Shown: positions 36,500-45,153 of the stretch, in pieces
How positions within the stretch are numbered: the first letter of the stretch is position 1
How the letters are laid out: every line of letters starts with the position of its first letter
Source: a virus
Lineage: Duplodnaviria; Caudoviricetes
Virus record (IMG/VR): IMGVR_UViG_3300049744_000068
Location: 4,975 to 68,974 of that record
Reading direction: 5' to 3' (one strand)
DNA length: 64,000 nucleotides
Made by a program: the position numbers and the translations under genes
The notes under the pieces: generated by a model
Seen by the model: only the letters and a program-made list of their open reading frames with translations
The model's database searches: none
What the model was told of the DNA's origin: nothing

Positions 36500-37564
36500 A
36501 TGGTACGAAAAGTCGCAAACTCGCGCACGGATCGAGCAAACCCGATCCGACGGACGTCAGCACCGCTTCTGACGTTCAATTACGAGGACGTTACGGTAGC
36601 CGATACCTCGCAGGAGATTGGCGAGATCGCTCCACCGCCCGGCTGCATGCTGGTCGGGCTGGAAGTGAAGGTCACCGGTGCGTTTGACTTGGGCGGTACC
36701 TTTCTCGTCGTCAGGGTATTCAGTGCGCTACACGAATCTGCTCTTTGCAGCATTCTGCTCCATCAGGAAGGCACCTTCCCGTCGCTGTTCGCTTCGGTCA
36801 ACCTCGACTTAGCCGGCCTGCTGCACGAAGAACTGAACGGCGATCCGTTTGCGGTGGGCGTGTTTGCGGCGGACGACGCCACCAACGTGGACACCCGAGA
36901 GAACCAAGGATCCTGCGAGATCTGGGGCCTCTACATCGACGCCACGCTGCCAGCTCAACCCAGGTTCTTCAGGGCATACACGAGCGAGGATGGGTCCCTC
37001 GTATATCTTGAGTCAAGCGGCGGGGACCTCGATTCTGTTGGCGGTGAACCAGACGGTCTTTTTGGTATCGGCGGGCCAGGCGTCGGCACCTACGACGGCA
37101 TCGACGGCACGAACGGTAACGTCATCGCGCTGGCAATGGATCCGGTCGTCAGTGAGGGCGACGGCAACATCTACATTGACTACTTCGGGGAGGTGGAAAA
37201 CTTCATCACCTCCGGCGGTCGACGCATGCAGAACGCATCGGAGCTGCCGGTAGAAAACAGGCGACCGTTCCCTCGGTGGATTTCCACCCTTGGTACCGAA
37301 ATCTATGTCGGGATAGGTTCGCAATACGAACGGCTTGCGCTGCAAGATCCAGGACAGTGGACGATCACTGGCTCGGCATCCGTCGTCACGGGTGGACACT
37401 CAGCCGAGAACGACATGCACCTGACACTCACGATCGACACGCCACTGTTAGAGGGCGAACTCGGTGTCGCCACGCTGGGATTCAGCGAGGGCAAAGACGT
37501 CATCGTTTCGCAGGGTAGCCGCACCCTCAAGGCGTTCAGCGGCAAGGTCATCGAAGCGGACTAG
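36500..37564 (+). CDS. Beta-rich tail-associated protein
   Basis: GAGG SD; clean ORF. Confidence 0.6.
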   Translation: MVRKVANSRTDRANPIRRTSAPLLTFNYEDVTVADTSQEIGEIAPPPGCMLVGLEVKVTGAFDLGGTFLVVRVFSALHESALCSILLHQEGTFPSLFASVNLDLAGLLHEELNGDPFAVGVFAADDATNVDTRENQGSCEIWGLYIDATLPAQPRFFRAYTSEDGSLVYLESSGGDLDSVGGEPDGLFGIGGPGVGTYDGIDGTNGNVIALAMDPVVSEGDGNIYIDYFGEVENFITSGGRRMQNASELPVENRRPFPRWISTLGTEIYVGIGSQYERLALQDPGQWTITGSASVVTGGHSAENDMHLTLTIDTPLLEGELGVATLGFSEGKDVIVSQGSRTLKAFSGKVIEAD

Positions 37565-37578
37565 CGAAGGGAATCCCA

Positions 37579-37944
37579 ATGCCAATCTCCATCCAGGAAC
37601 ACGCCGGCAAGGTCCGGTGCACAGCCTACCTGAAGGGCAGCCAGCGCTACTCCGTCGAGATCGACAAGCTGCCCGAAAAGACGCAGACAGCGGTCAAGGC
37701 TGCATTGCAGGCCGTATCCGAGCACGCGGAAGCGCAGATCGCCGAGCAAAACAAGGGCGCTCCCGTCGAAGGTCTCCGCGAACTGGGTGGCGAGCGAGGG
37801 CGGGCATTGCGTGAAAAGAGAGCCGCACGCCGCGCTGAGCACAGCAAGGCGCGTGAGGCCAGGCGAGCCGAGCGCAAAGCGAAGCAGGACAAGCAAAGGG
37901 CAGCGAAGCCCGCTGCTGCGGAACGCAAGCCACGCGGCAAGTAA
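37579..37944 (+). CDS. Small protein with Arg/Lys/Ala-rich tail
   Basis: AAGGGA SD; TAATG coupling to GT gene. Confidence 0.6.
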   Translation: MPISIQEHAGKVRCTAYLKGSQRYSVEIDKLPEKTQTAVKAALQAVSEHAEAQIAEQNKGAPVEGLRELGGERGRALREKRAARRAEHSKAREARRAERKAKQDKQRAAKPAAAERKPRGK

Positions 37945-38609
37945 TGCCGTTCACGCTCGTCACCACCTGCTGCAAGCGGTGGCACTTCCTGCAACGTTCG
38001 CTGCCCACGTGGGTGCGGATGCCAGGTCTCTCGCGCATTGTCGTCGTGACGTACGGGTTCGATGGCACTCCGCGGGATTGGTTGCCGGCGGACGTGGAGC
38101 TAGTGACGCTACAGGGCCCAGAGTTCATCCGCACGCAGGCGCGCAACGCCGGCGCTTTCGGTTCAGCCGACTCACGCCTGCTGTTCGTCGATTGCGACGT
38201 GTGTGTGGTGGACGCTGCCCGCTTCATGGCGTGGTCGGCATCGGCCGACTACGTGCTCGATTCGCCCCACGCGTTGAGCCGCCAAGGCACCCGAGATCCA
38301 GAGCGTACCGCCCCCGGGCTGCGAGGTACCCACTTCGTCACGCGTGAGTTGTTCGAGCGCGTGCAGGGGTACAACCCGCACATGCGCGGGTGGGGCGTCG
38401 AGGACATCGACCTCTACCGCCGATACGCCAAACAATCTGACGCCGTCGCCTACTACGACCGCTCTAGCCTCCGTCACCAGCCGCACGGCGACGCGCTGCG
38501 ACGCGAACTGCAGCTCTGCTCACTGCGGCAAAGCGTCCAGTCCAACAAGGCAAAGGCGCGCACGTGCAAGCCTTGGCTCCTGGCTGACCCTGCCAGCCGC
38601 GGCTGCTGA
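37944..38609 (+). CDS. GT2/GT7-like glycosyltransferase
   Basis: LLFVDCDV DxD motif; GYNPHMRGWGVEDIDLYRR. Confidence 0.85.
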   Translation: MPFTLVTTCCKRWHFLQRSLPTWVRMPGLSRIVVVTYGFDGTPRDWLPADVELVTLQGPEFIRTQARNAGAFGSADSRLLFVDCDVCVVDAARFMAWSASADYVLDSPHALSRQGTRDPERTAPGLRGTHFVTRELFERVQGYNPHMRGWGVEDIDLYRRYAKQSDAVAYYDRSSLRHQPHGDALRRELQLCSLRQSVQSNKAKARTCKPWLLADPASRGC

Positions 38610-38829
38610 CCACCCCGCAACAGATCCGCCCCGGCACGCACCCCGTCGGCCTCCTGTGACCGATGCGCGGGTTATGACGAGCATTGCGATCGCTGGCGGC
38701 GATGGGTCCACAATGAGCTACACGCCAACCGGGGCTCCACTCAGGACTTTGGGCGACGAAATCGAAGTAGCCGCATTCGCGGATTTCGAGATCGTGGCGG
38801 ACTGATCGCCACCCTGCGCGACCTCTAAA

Positions 38830-38900
38830 CCACACCCAACCTGTTCGCCACTCGGCTGACCTCCACGGGTGGCTTGAGCGGGACGGGTGTGGGCTTTTTT
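38830..38900 (+). terminator. Long hairpin plus T6 upstream of lysis genes
   Basis: CCACACCC (38830) / GGGTGTGG (38885), then CTTTTTT. Confidence 0.55.
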
Positions 38901-38922
38901 GAGTGAATTGAAAGGAACCACA

Positions 38923-39546
38923 ATGGAACTGCTACTGCAATTCAAGGCCTACCTGGCCAACCTGTACGAGACCCAGGCGCCGCTCTACTTCCTGCTCCTG
39001 GTCATCACCATCAACGTGGGCACGTGGGTGTCCCGCAAGGCCGTGCCGTGGTTTTGGTCGACGCTCGAGCTTGACAACCCGACGGGAAGCAAACTGCTGC
39101 AGTCGCTGCCGGTGGTGCTTGCGGGCATCGTACTGCACGGCTTGGGTGGCGCTGGCGTGGACGTTGCGGCCTTCTGGGGCGCGGTGTTCTCCGCGTTGGC
39201 CATCGTGCTGCACCACCTCGTGAAGGCCTGGAACTGGGGCCCTGCGAAGCTGTATCAGGGCGAGCTTGGCACGCTGATTCCGAAGCTGCTGGGCTGGCTT
39301 GCCAAGCGGGTGCGGGGTGCGCCAACGCTGATTGTACTGCTTCTAGCCGGGTGCGCGGGGGCGATGTGTCCGGCGTGCGGAACGCCAGCAGCGAAGTACG
39401 TCGACCCGGCCTGCGAACGTGAGATTGGATTGCTCGACGCTGCACGGGTTGCCGAGACGGAAGCGTGCACGACGCCCAAGTGCGTCGACGAAGTGCAGAA
39501 GCGGTACGACGAAAAGGTCGACGCGGCGTGCGGAGGTGCCCAGTGA
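38923..39546 (+). CDS. Holin-like multi-TM protein with internal lipobox and Cys-rich C-domain
   Basis: Three hydrophobic helices, then KRVRGAPTLIVLLLAGC; first gene of lysis cassette. Confidence 0.6.
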   Translation: MELLLQFKAYLANLYETQAPLYFLLLVITINVGTWVSRKAVPWFWSTLELDNPTGSKLLQSLPVVLAGIVLHGLGGAGVDVAAFWGAVFSALAIVLHHLVKAWNWGPAKLYQGELGTLIPKLLGWLAKRVRGAPTLIVLLLAGCAGAMCPACGTPAAKYVDPACEREIGLLDAARVAETEACTTPKCVDEVQKRYDEKVDAACGGAQ

Positions 39547-39713
39547 ACGATCTGCAAACCCTGTTGCAAGCCCTCCAGGTGGCCGAACCGCTCGCCAAGA
39601 AGCTGCTTGGTGGCGATGTGGCTGGCGGTGTCGTTGCGGCCCGCAAGGCTGCGTCCAAGCAGATGGGCGCAGCGCTAGCTGCCGACAAGAAGCGACGACT
39701 GGCGAAGAAGTGA
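39543..39713 (+). CDS. Small amphipathic lysis-region protein (56 aa)
   Basis: GTGA overlaps both ends. Confidence 0.55.
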   Translation: MNDLQTLLQALQVAEPLAKKLLGGDVAGGVVAARKAASKQMGAALAADKKRRLAKK

Positions 39714-39853
39714 TCCACAGTTCCATTGCCGCGCGCGAGGCCATTTCGTGCGCGTTGTGGGCCATCCCGAAGTTCCTCGTTGCCGGTTCATTGCTGGCGC
39801 TTGGCCTCGGGATTGTCGCCGTTGAATTCACCGCAAAGGCAATCAAAGGATGA
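39710..39853 (+). CDS. Small TM protein (47 aa)
   Basis: Hydrophobic FLVAGSLLALGLGIVAV; GTGA/ATGA overlaps. Confidence 0.55.
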   Translation: MIHSSIAAREAISCALWAIPKFLVAGSLLALGLGIVAVEFTAKAIKG

Positions 39854-40683
39854 CCCCCCGCCCCCTGCTCACCATCCAAGACCGCGACCCAGCCGTCCTC
39901 GAGATCCGCCGAATCCTCAAGCACAACGGCTACGATGTCAGCACCGAGGGTCCCGATCTCGACGTCCTGGACGAGCTGCTGTTCTCGCAGGTTGAGGTCT
40001 TTCAGCTGCAGCACCTGGGTCCTGATGGTGCCTTCCTTATCGGCGACGGCGAGACCATCGACGTCGACACCTGGTGGGCGCTCGATAACCCTGTCGGCGA
40101 GGCCCAAGAAAGCGGCCACAAGGCGATAGCCGACCGCGAACTCACAGAAGGCCGCTCCCGGCTGCTGGAGATGCTTGCGGCCGAGCACGCCAAGAACGTG
40201 CACGAAATCCCGGACGGATCGAACCGCTCGCCGGAGATTGACGGCTACTGGGGAAACACTGGCCTGCTGCCAAAGGACCCGAAGCAGCCGGGCCTAGCCT
40301 GGTGCTGCGCGTTCGTGTCGACCATGTTGAAGCGCACCCTTGGCTACTACCCGATCGGAGGCGTCCACCACGTTGGCGTCCAGCGGATGTTCCAGGCGGC
40401 ACGGGACACGGGGATCGTCGTGGTCAAGCCCAAGCCCGGGGATGTGTTCATTCAGATCAAGAGCCAGGGGCAGGGTCACACAGGGTTCGTGACCGGTGTC
40501 AGCGAGGACGGCCTGACTGTCGCAACGTGCGGCGGCAACGAAGGAAATCGGCTGAAGAACGGACGGCGCCTGGTCAGCACCATTCAGCACTTCATCGACC
40601 CGATCGACGACGGCCAAGGCCTGGACTTCACCCGAATCCCCAACGCGGCCGCGACGATCGGCGCAAGTGAGGCGACGCGGTGA
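39850..40683 (+). CDS. Endolysin: peptidoglycan-binding-like N-domain + CHAP domain
   Basis: WCCAFVS, GHTGFV, GGN catalytic motifs. Confidence 0.85.
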   Translation: MTPRPLLTIQDRDPAVLEIRRILKHNGYDVSTEGPDLDVLDELLFSQVEVFQLQHLGPDGAFLIGDGETIDVDTWWALDNPVGEAQESGHKAIADRELTEGRSRLLEMLAAEHAKNVHEIPDGSNRSPEIDGYWGNTGLLPKDPKQPGLAWCCAFVSTMLKRTLGYYPIGGVHHVGVQRMFQAARDTGIVVVKPKPGDVFIQIKSQGQGHTGFVTGVSEDGLTVATCGGNEGNRLKNGRRLVSTIQHFIDPIDDGQGLDFTRIPNAAATIGASEATR

Positions 40684-41504
40684 GCAGCATCCTGGTGTTA
40701 GCCATCGACGACGAGCGCCCGCTCCTCAACCAGCTGGCCCGAAACCTGGTCGAGTACGAGATCACTATCGTTCCGGCTTCTCGCTGGACGGACGCGGAAA
40801 AGGAACTGCGCGAGAACGACTTCGACTGCATCCTGCTGGATCTCAACCTCGTCGAATCGCGGGGGCTTGAGACGTTCTACCGGCTGCGAGCTCGCGTCCG
40901 CAGGGAGACGCCTATCCTGGTATTCTCCGGTCACATCGAGCGCCACATTGAGGTGACGCTGACCCGTGAGGGCGTCCGGTGCCTGACCAAGCCGTCCGAC
41001 CCGGAGACGCTGGCTCAGCACATCCGGGACACCATAGCCGAGCATGAGCAACGTGAGCTTTTGCGTCAGCGCAGCAAGTCGCCTCCCGGCATTGTGGCGC
41101 CACAGATTATGGAATTTGTGAGCAGCAATCTCGATGAAAAACTGGAACCTGTGGAGCGCAAGGTCAACCGGTTGCTCGACTGGATGAACGCTGAACTTGA
41201 GGCCAAGCGGATCGAAGCTGAAGAGAAAAGCAAGGACGAGGAACGCCGTCGCTCGTGGTTCAAGCTGTCGACCAAGCAGCGTGACAAGCTGTTCACGTTC
41301 GTGCTAATCGTGGTGGCCGTGAAACTCGGATTCGTGACCCCTGAAATGGTGGGTGGATTCTTCGGAGTCAATGCGACGAGGCCGCAACAGGAGCAGCATG
41401 CCGACCCCCAACCGCGTTGGCGCGGCCGCAACCGCGGGGCAGCAGAGGCCCCCGCAGCAGCCCCGTCCGCAGCCTCAACGCCACCCGCAGATCCAACCCC
41501 GTGA
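40680..41504 (+). CDS. Response-regulator receiver domain fused to coiled coil, TM helix and Pro/Ala tail
   Basis: IDDE, LLDLNL, FSG, TKP; TM LFTFVLIVVAVKLGFV. Confidence 0.85.
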   Translation: MSSILVLAIDDERPLLNQLARNLVEYEITIVPASRWTDAEKELRENDFDCILLDLNLVESRGLETFYRLRARVRRETPILVFSGHIERHIEVTLTREGVRCLTKPSDPETLAQHIRDTIAEHEQRELLRQRSKSPPGIVAPQIMEFVSSNLDEKLEPVERKVNRLLDWMNAELEAKRIEAEEKSKDEERRRSWFKLSTKQRDKLFTFVLIVVAVKLGFVTPEMVGGFFGVNATRPQQEQHADPQPRWRGRNRGAAEAPAAAPSAASTPPADPTP

Positions 41505-41713
41505 GGCCTGCGACTTCGTCCTGCCCGGGTGCTCCGGCAAGTCGACGCCGGCTGTCATCCTGACCCTTGTGATCAACGGCATCACGAGCGGGTGCTGTCT
41601 CAATTGTAGGCGTGCGATGATTGGCTGAGTCTGCTACATTGACCGAGTCATGATCGCGAACATCGCCACGGAGGATGCCATGTAACGCGCGCGCCTAACG
41701 AAAGGAGGCGCCC

Positions 41714-41809
41714 ATGCGTTACTGCTACTGGTGCGCGGTCGCGAGCCAACAGCTCGGAAGACCAACGCTCTGCCGGCCATGCTGGCGGAAGCTAAACAAG
41801 AGGCGCTGA
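41714..41809 (+). CDS. 31-aa CxxC-CxxC peptide
   Basis: AAAGGAGG SD; MRYCYWCAVASQQLGRPTLCRPCWRKLNKRR. Confidence 0.5.
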   Translation: MRYCYWCAVASQQLGRPTLCRPCWRKLNKRR

Positions 41810-41820
41810 GTGGCGCCCAA

Positions 41821-41862
41821 AGACCCCGATGGCCTCACGGCTGTCGGGGTCTTGTTTATTTT
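41821..41862 (+). terminator. Intrinsic terminator ending rightward transcription
   Basis: 14-bp stem AGACCCCGATGGCC/GGCTGTCGGGGTCT, 4-nt loop, TGTTTATTTT. Confidence 0.8.
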
Positions 41863-42041
41863 GTGGCAGCCCTCAGCACTCCCCGAATCCATACCATTCG
41901 CGTCATTCCGTGCGCGTGTGCGACATCCGCGTAACGCTCCCATTCGTCGTCCGATATTCCCGAGAGTGCCCGTAGCGCGTGTTTATGTTTGCCGGATGGG
42001 CCGGAGCGGGATCGCCCCTTTTTCTTTGGTGACTTTTTCAC
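41856..42041 (-). CDS. Ribbon-helix-helix-like DNA-binding protein
   Basis: SDDEWERYADVAHAHGMTRMVWIRGVL. Confidence 0.6.
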   Translation of the reverse strand: MKKSPKKKGRSRSGPSGKHKHALRALSGISDDEWERYADVAHAHGMTRMVWIRGVLRAATK

Positions 42042-42463
42042 GACTCACCCCACGGCTTGAGCCACGGCAACCGGTCAACCCTCCGAAACATTGCCGGCAG
42101 ATCAATCACTTTTGCTGGACCGCGAAGCCATACCGTGGCGCCGCAGCCAGTGGTCGGTTCGTCGGGCAAGCATCGGTCGACTTGCCCTGGAGACAGATGC
42201 AGCACAAATGGCTCGTCGCCGCCATCCTCCACCAGCCATTCTGTGCACAGCTCGCGATCGCTCCACTGCTCAGGCGCTAGTTGCGATAGAATCACGTACT
42301 TTGCTCCGCGCCGTAGCTCGTCGACAAGTTGCGCCATGGTGTCGGGCACGAGCAGCCGAAATGAGTAGGCGTTGATCGATAGATAGAGCAGACCATTACG
42401 CGCGTGCTCGGTGTCCCAGTAGTCGCTCAAGACGATTTGCGGGCCGTCGTTTTTGATGATCAT
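42038..42463 (-). CDS. Hypothetical protein
   Basis: Coupled to ibrB-like gene and RHH gene. Confidence 0.7.
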   Translation of the reverse strand: MIIKNDGPQIVLSDYWDTEHARNGLLYLSINAYSFRLLVPDTMAQLVDELRRGAKYVILSQLAPEQWSDRELCTEWLVEDGGDEPFVLHLSPGQVDRCLPDEPTTGCGATVWLRGPAKVIDLPAMFRRVDRLPWLKPWGES

Positions 42464-43086
42464 TCTGCTTCCCATGCCTCCGAGAATTCTCGATCCGAGA
42501 ACAGCTCAGCGAGCCCAGTGATCTGCTTGAGACGAAGCACCTCATCAGCATCCATACCCAACTCCTTTGCGATCTTTTCGTCGGACCAGTTTCGTTTTGA
42601 CAGGTCAGAAACGATCTCGCTCATGGCGGTTACCTGATGTTTCCCGCGAGCCCTGTTATGGCGGATTGTGGATGCCACACGATTGCATAGCTCGGATCGC
42701 GACTCGTTGATTTGCACAACAGGTAAATAGCCTCTGATGCGTTCCCTGATTGTTTTGACTTCGGTTCCGCAGCGGTATCTGTGAAATCCATCCACTACCT
42801 CGTAGCCGGTGCCTATTGAAAAACCAACCACTGGTTGCGTATACCCGTCTGACTCTATTGAATGCTGCAGCAGTCGCATCTCCGGCGGCGCAACGTGGTT
42901 AGGGTTATAGTCATTGGCGATTACGGTGTCAGACTTGACCCACCGAACGAAATCGACGGGCTCCGCTTTCATTGGGCTTGCTTCGTGCAGCAACTCACGC
43001 ACTTCGTTGAGTGCAGCGACGGCGTCATCCGTAGGCATTGCGCGGATCAGGTCGGCCAGGCGCTTAGCCAGCTCTACATGCCCCAA
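42460..43086 (-). CDS. ibrB: IbrB-like ParB N-terminal domain protein
   Basis: ANDYNPNHVAPPEMRLL, GYTQPVV, VVDGFHR, STIRHNRARGKH. Confidence 0.85.
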   Translation of the reverse strand: MGHVELAKRLADLIRAMPTDDAVAALNEVRELLHEASPMKAEPVDFVRWVKSDTVIANDYNPNHVAPPEMRLLQHSIESDGYTQPVVGFSIGTGYEVVDGFHRYRCGTEVKTIRERIRGYLPVVQINESRSELCNRVASTIRHNRARGKHQVTAMSEIVSDLSKRNWSDEKIAKELGMDADEVLRLKQITGLAELFSDREFSEAWEAE

Positions 43087-44267
43087 AGAGTCCTCCGTTT
43101 TTTCATGATCTTTTTGTACCTCTCGTAACTTTGACTCTTTGTCTGAGTAAAACTAAGCCCTTTTGCCCAATGGTCGTTGCGCAGGAGCATCTTACAAATG
43201 CGTGTCCAGCTTGGCTTGTCTTTGGCGTTGGCTGGTCCTGAATCAGGTATTCCAGCAGGATACCCTCGCACCGAGTACCACTTCAGAAAAACAGCGATCT
43301 TGTTTTCGTAGTGCTCCTTTGTATGTGGCGGCAAGGTATCGAGCAACAACCTGGAAAAGCTTTCCCATGAGTGACTATCCGGTTTGGAGATCTTGATCCT
43401 GCCAAGAATGTTTCCGGACTCTTGAGCGTACAAAGCGCCGGAATTTGCGCCGTTCACGCGGGCAACAACGCGGCCCCATGTCTCGGGCTCGATCACATGG
43501 TACAACCACAACCCGCGACGCTGGTCGTCGCCGTATGGCTGACAGATTCGCATCTGGTGGATCGATAGGCCAGCGTGATGCATGCGATCATAAAGCTTGT
43601 TGTATTCCGCTCCAAACTTTGCCGCGAATGTCCACAGATCTTCTGTGCGCCAGTCGTAGATCGGGTATGCGTTGAATACGGAGCCGCCTTTCCATGTCGT
43701 CCAAGCCAGATTCTTGTAGCGTCTCTTACGCAGGATCAGCGTGCGGTAGCGGTTTAGGCTTTCGTCGGCACGGATACCAACGAAGCAGCAGGTGGCCTCA
43801 CCGTTGCTGTACCAATGTGAAAAGTCGTCAATAAATTCCTCAAACTCCATGCCGCTGCAAAAAAACGGGAACGTGCTCTCGCTGGTAATGCTTAGCGATG
43901 AAGGCTGGCGCACCCAGCCCGCGTGCTTTTCTGGATCCCAGCATAGCCACTTGGGCTCATAGTTGCTGACTGCGTTGCGTAGGGCAATAGGCAGCGCCAC
44001 CCAATACGGATCGATGTGCTCAGCGTACTGCTTAAACATCAACTCAACGTGCTTGATCGTGAGTTGGTACTGTGCCTCTAAGTCAACAAATAGCACTCCG
44101 ACCTTGCGGCCACGACGGATGGCCTCGGCCATGACAAGATGCAGCATGACGGAACTATCCTTGCCGCCAGAAAACGAGACGTAGATCCGAGGAAAGTCGT
44201 CAAATGCCAGCTTAATGCGATCCATGGCCGCGATGAGCACGTCCTTGCCTAATCCTCGCTTAGCCAA
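43074..44267 (-). CDS. ibrA: IbrA-like PAPS-reductase/PP-loop protein with DUF3440
   Basis: SFSGGKDS, GIRADESLNR, YPIYDW, MRICQPYG, SWTRICKMLLRND. Confidence 0.85.
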   Translation of the reverse strand: MAKRGLGKDVLIAAMDRIKLAFDDFPRIYVSFSGGKDSSVMLHLVMAEAIRRGRKVGVLFVDLEAQYQLTIKHVELMFKQYAEHIDPYWVALPIALRNAVSNYEPKWLCWDPEKHAGWVRQPSSLSITSESTFPFFCSGMEFEEFIDDFSHWYSNGEATCCFVGIRADESLNRYRTLILRKRRYKNLAWTTWKGGSVFNAYPIYDWRTEDLWTFAAKFGAEYNKLYDRMHHAGLSIHQMRICQPYGDDQRRGLWLYHVIEPETWGRVVARVNGANSGALYAQESGNILGRIKISKPDSHSWESFSRLLLDTLPPHTKEHYENKIAVFLKWYSVRGYPAGIPDSGPANAKDKPSWTRICKMLLRNDHWAKGLSFTQTKSQSYERYKKIMKKRRTLWGM

Positions 44268-44653
44268 TTGTGCACAGTCCTTTCATCGACTTCTGTCGGC
44301 TGATTGTCTCGCACCCAGCAAAACCAACGTCGCCATTTCTTGCCGTCTTGCTGGTGGATTTCATAAATCTTGTCATCGTCCAGTGTGTACGAGTACGTCA
44401 CGCCTCTGTTTCCGTTACGACTGGCATCGGAGTAGTCGACGAGCGCTTTCAAAAATGAGCGCTCGAAGCCAAACAGATCATGAGGCCCAACAATTTCAGC
44501 GCACCACGGCGAGGGAGTCTTAGGGTAGTGTTTTAGCCACTCGCGGCGCCCGCGCGGGTCCTGTGGGCCAAGAAAAGTTCTCTCAAATCTCTCGTACTGC
44601 CGTAGCCATCTCAGGGCTTCGTGATTGCGAACCTCAAAAGTGAGAACGTACAT
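44249..44653 (-). CDS. Hypothetical protein preceding ibrA-like gene
   Basis: PWCAEIVG...FERSFL...DYS.A...G.RGV. Confidence 0.7.
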   Translation of the reverse strand: MYVLTFEVRNHEALRWLRQYERFERTFLGPQDPRGRREWLKHYPKTPSPWCAEIVGPHDLFGFERSFLKALVDYSDASRNGNRGVTYSYTLDDDKIYEIHQQDGKKWRRWFCWVRDNQPTEVDERTVHNWLSED

Positions 44654-45062
44654 TGTCCAATAAATCCCGCAGAGGACGTGGCGCAAAAAAGATCCCCTCG
44701 AATCGGCGTGCATTAGATATGCGCTCGTGAAGCGGTACCATTGTACCAAAAGCAGACGGATGGCGCCCAACTGGCGAAGCTAACCATCGAGCAATACGCT
44801 TGCTGACGTAATCAGCATTGACGCGACGCGCGAACGATTGGATTGCCACGGTAGCAACGGACCCCGCGTATTGCTTACACACCTCACGCGGTTCGATCAT
44901 GCGCATCGAGCCAAACGGACTATCTTCGATGTTGTCGACGAGCCCCCAGATGGATAGCGCGTGCTCCCTGGAGTCACACACGATGTACTTATCTCCGAGC
45001 GCAATGAGCCAAGAGTCAGAGTCGTTTACGCAAAAAAACAGGTTGGCCGTGGTCTTTGTCAT
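44634..45062 (-). CDS. Hypothetical protein, first gene of ibr cassette
   Basis: ATG 7 nt after a TATGCT -10 box. Confidence 0.55.
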   Translation of the reverse strand: MTKTTANLFFCVNDSDSWLIALGDKYIVCDSREHALSIWGLVDNIEDSPFGSMRMIEPREVCKQYAGSVATVAIQSFARRVNADYVSKRIARWLASPVGRHPSAFGTMVPLHERISNARRFEGIFFAPRPLRDLLDNVRSHF

Positions 45063-45069
45063 AAGACAC

Positions 45070-45097
45070 AGCATAGCGCGCGTAGATACGCGCGAAA
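45070..45097 (-). promoter_or_regulatory. Promoter with palindromic operator for the ibr cassette
   Basis: -10 TATGCT (45070-45075); CGCGCGTA-GA-TACGCGCG at 45077-45094. Confidence 0.55.
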
Positions 45098-45153
45098 CCA
45101 CAAATCGACCTCCCATCCAAAACACCCAATAAACCACGGGAAAACCAGACTTA

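Noticed and set aside
33760-37564. Diversity-generating retroelement or invertible fibre cassette
   Set aside because: No reverse transcriptase, invertase or template/variable repeat pair seen
39343-40203. 286-aa minus-strand ORF in lysis region
   Set aside because: Antisense to four coupled plus-strand genes
41503-41628. Cys-rich open frame after the receiver gene (CDFVLPGC...CCLNC)
   Set aside because: No credible start codon or SD; may be a remnant
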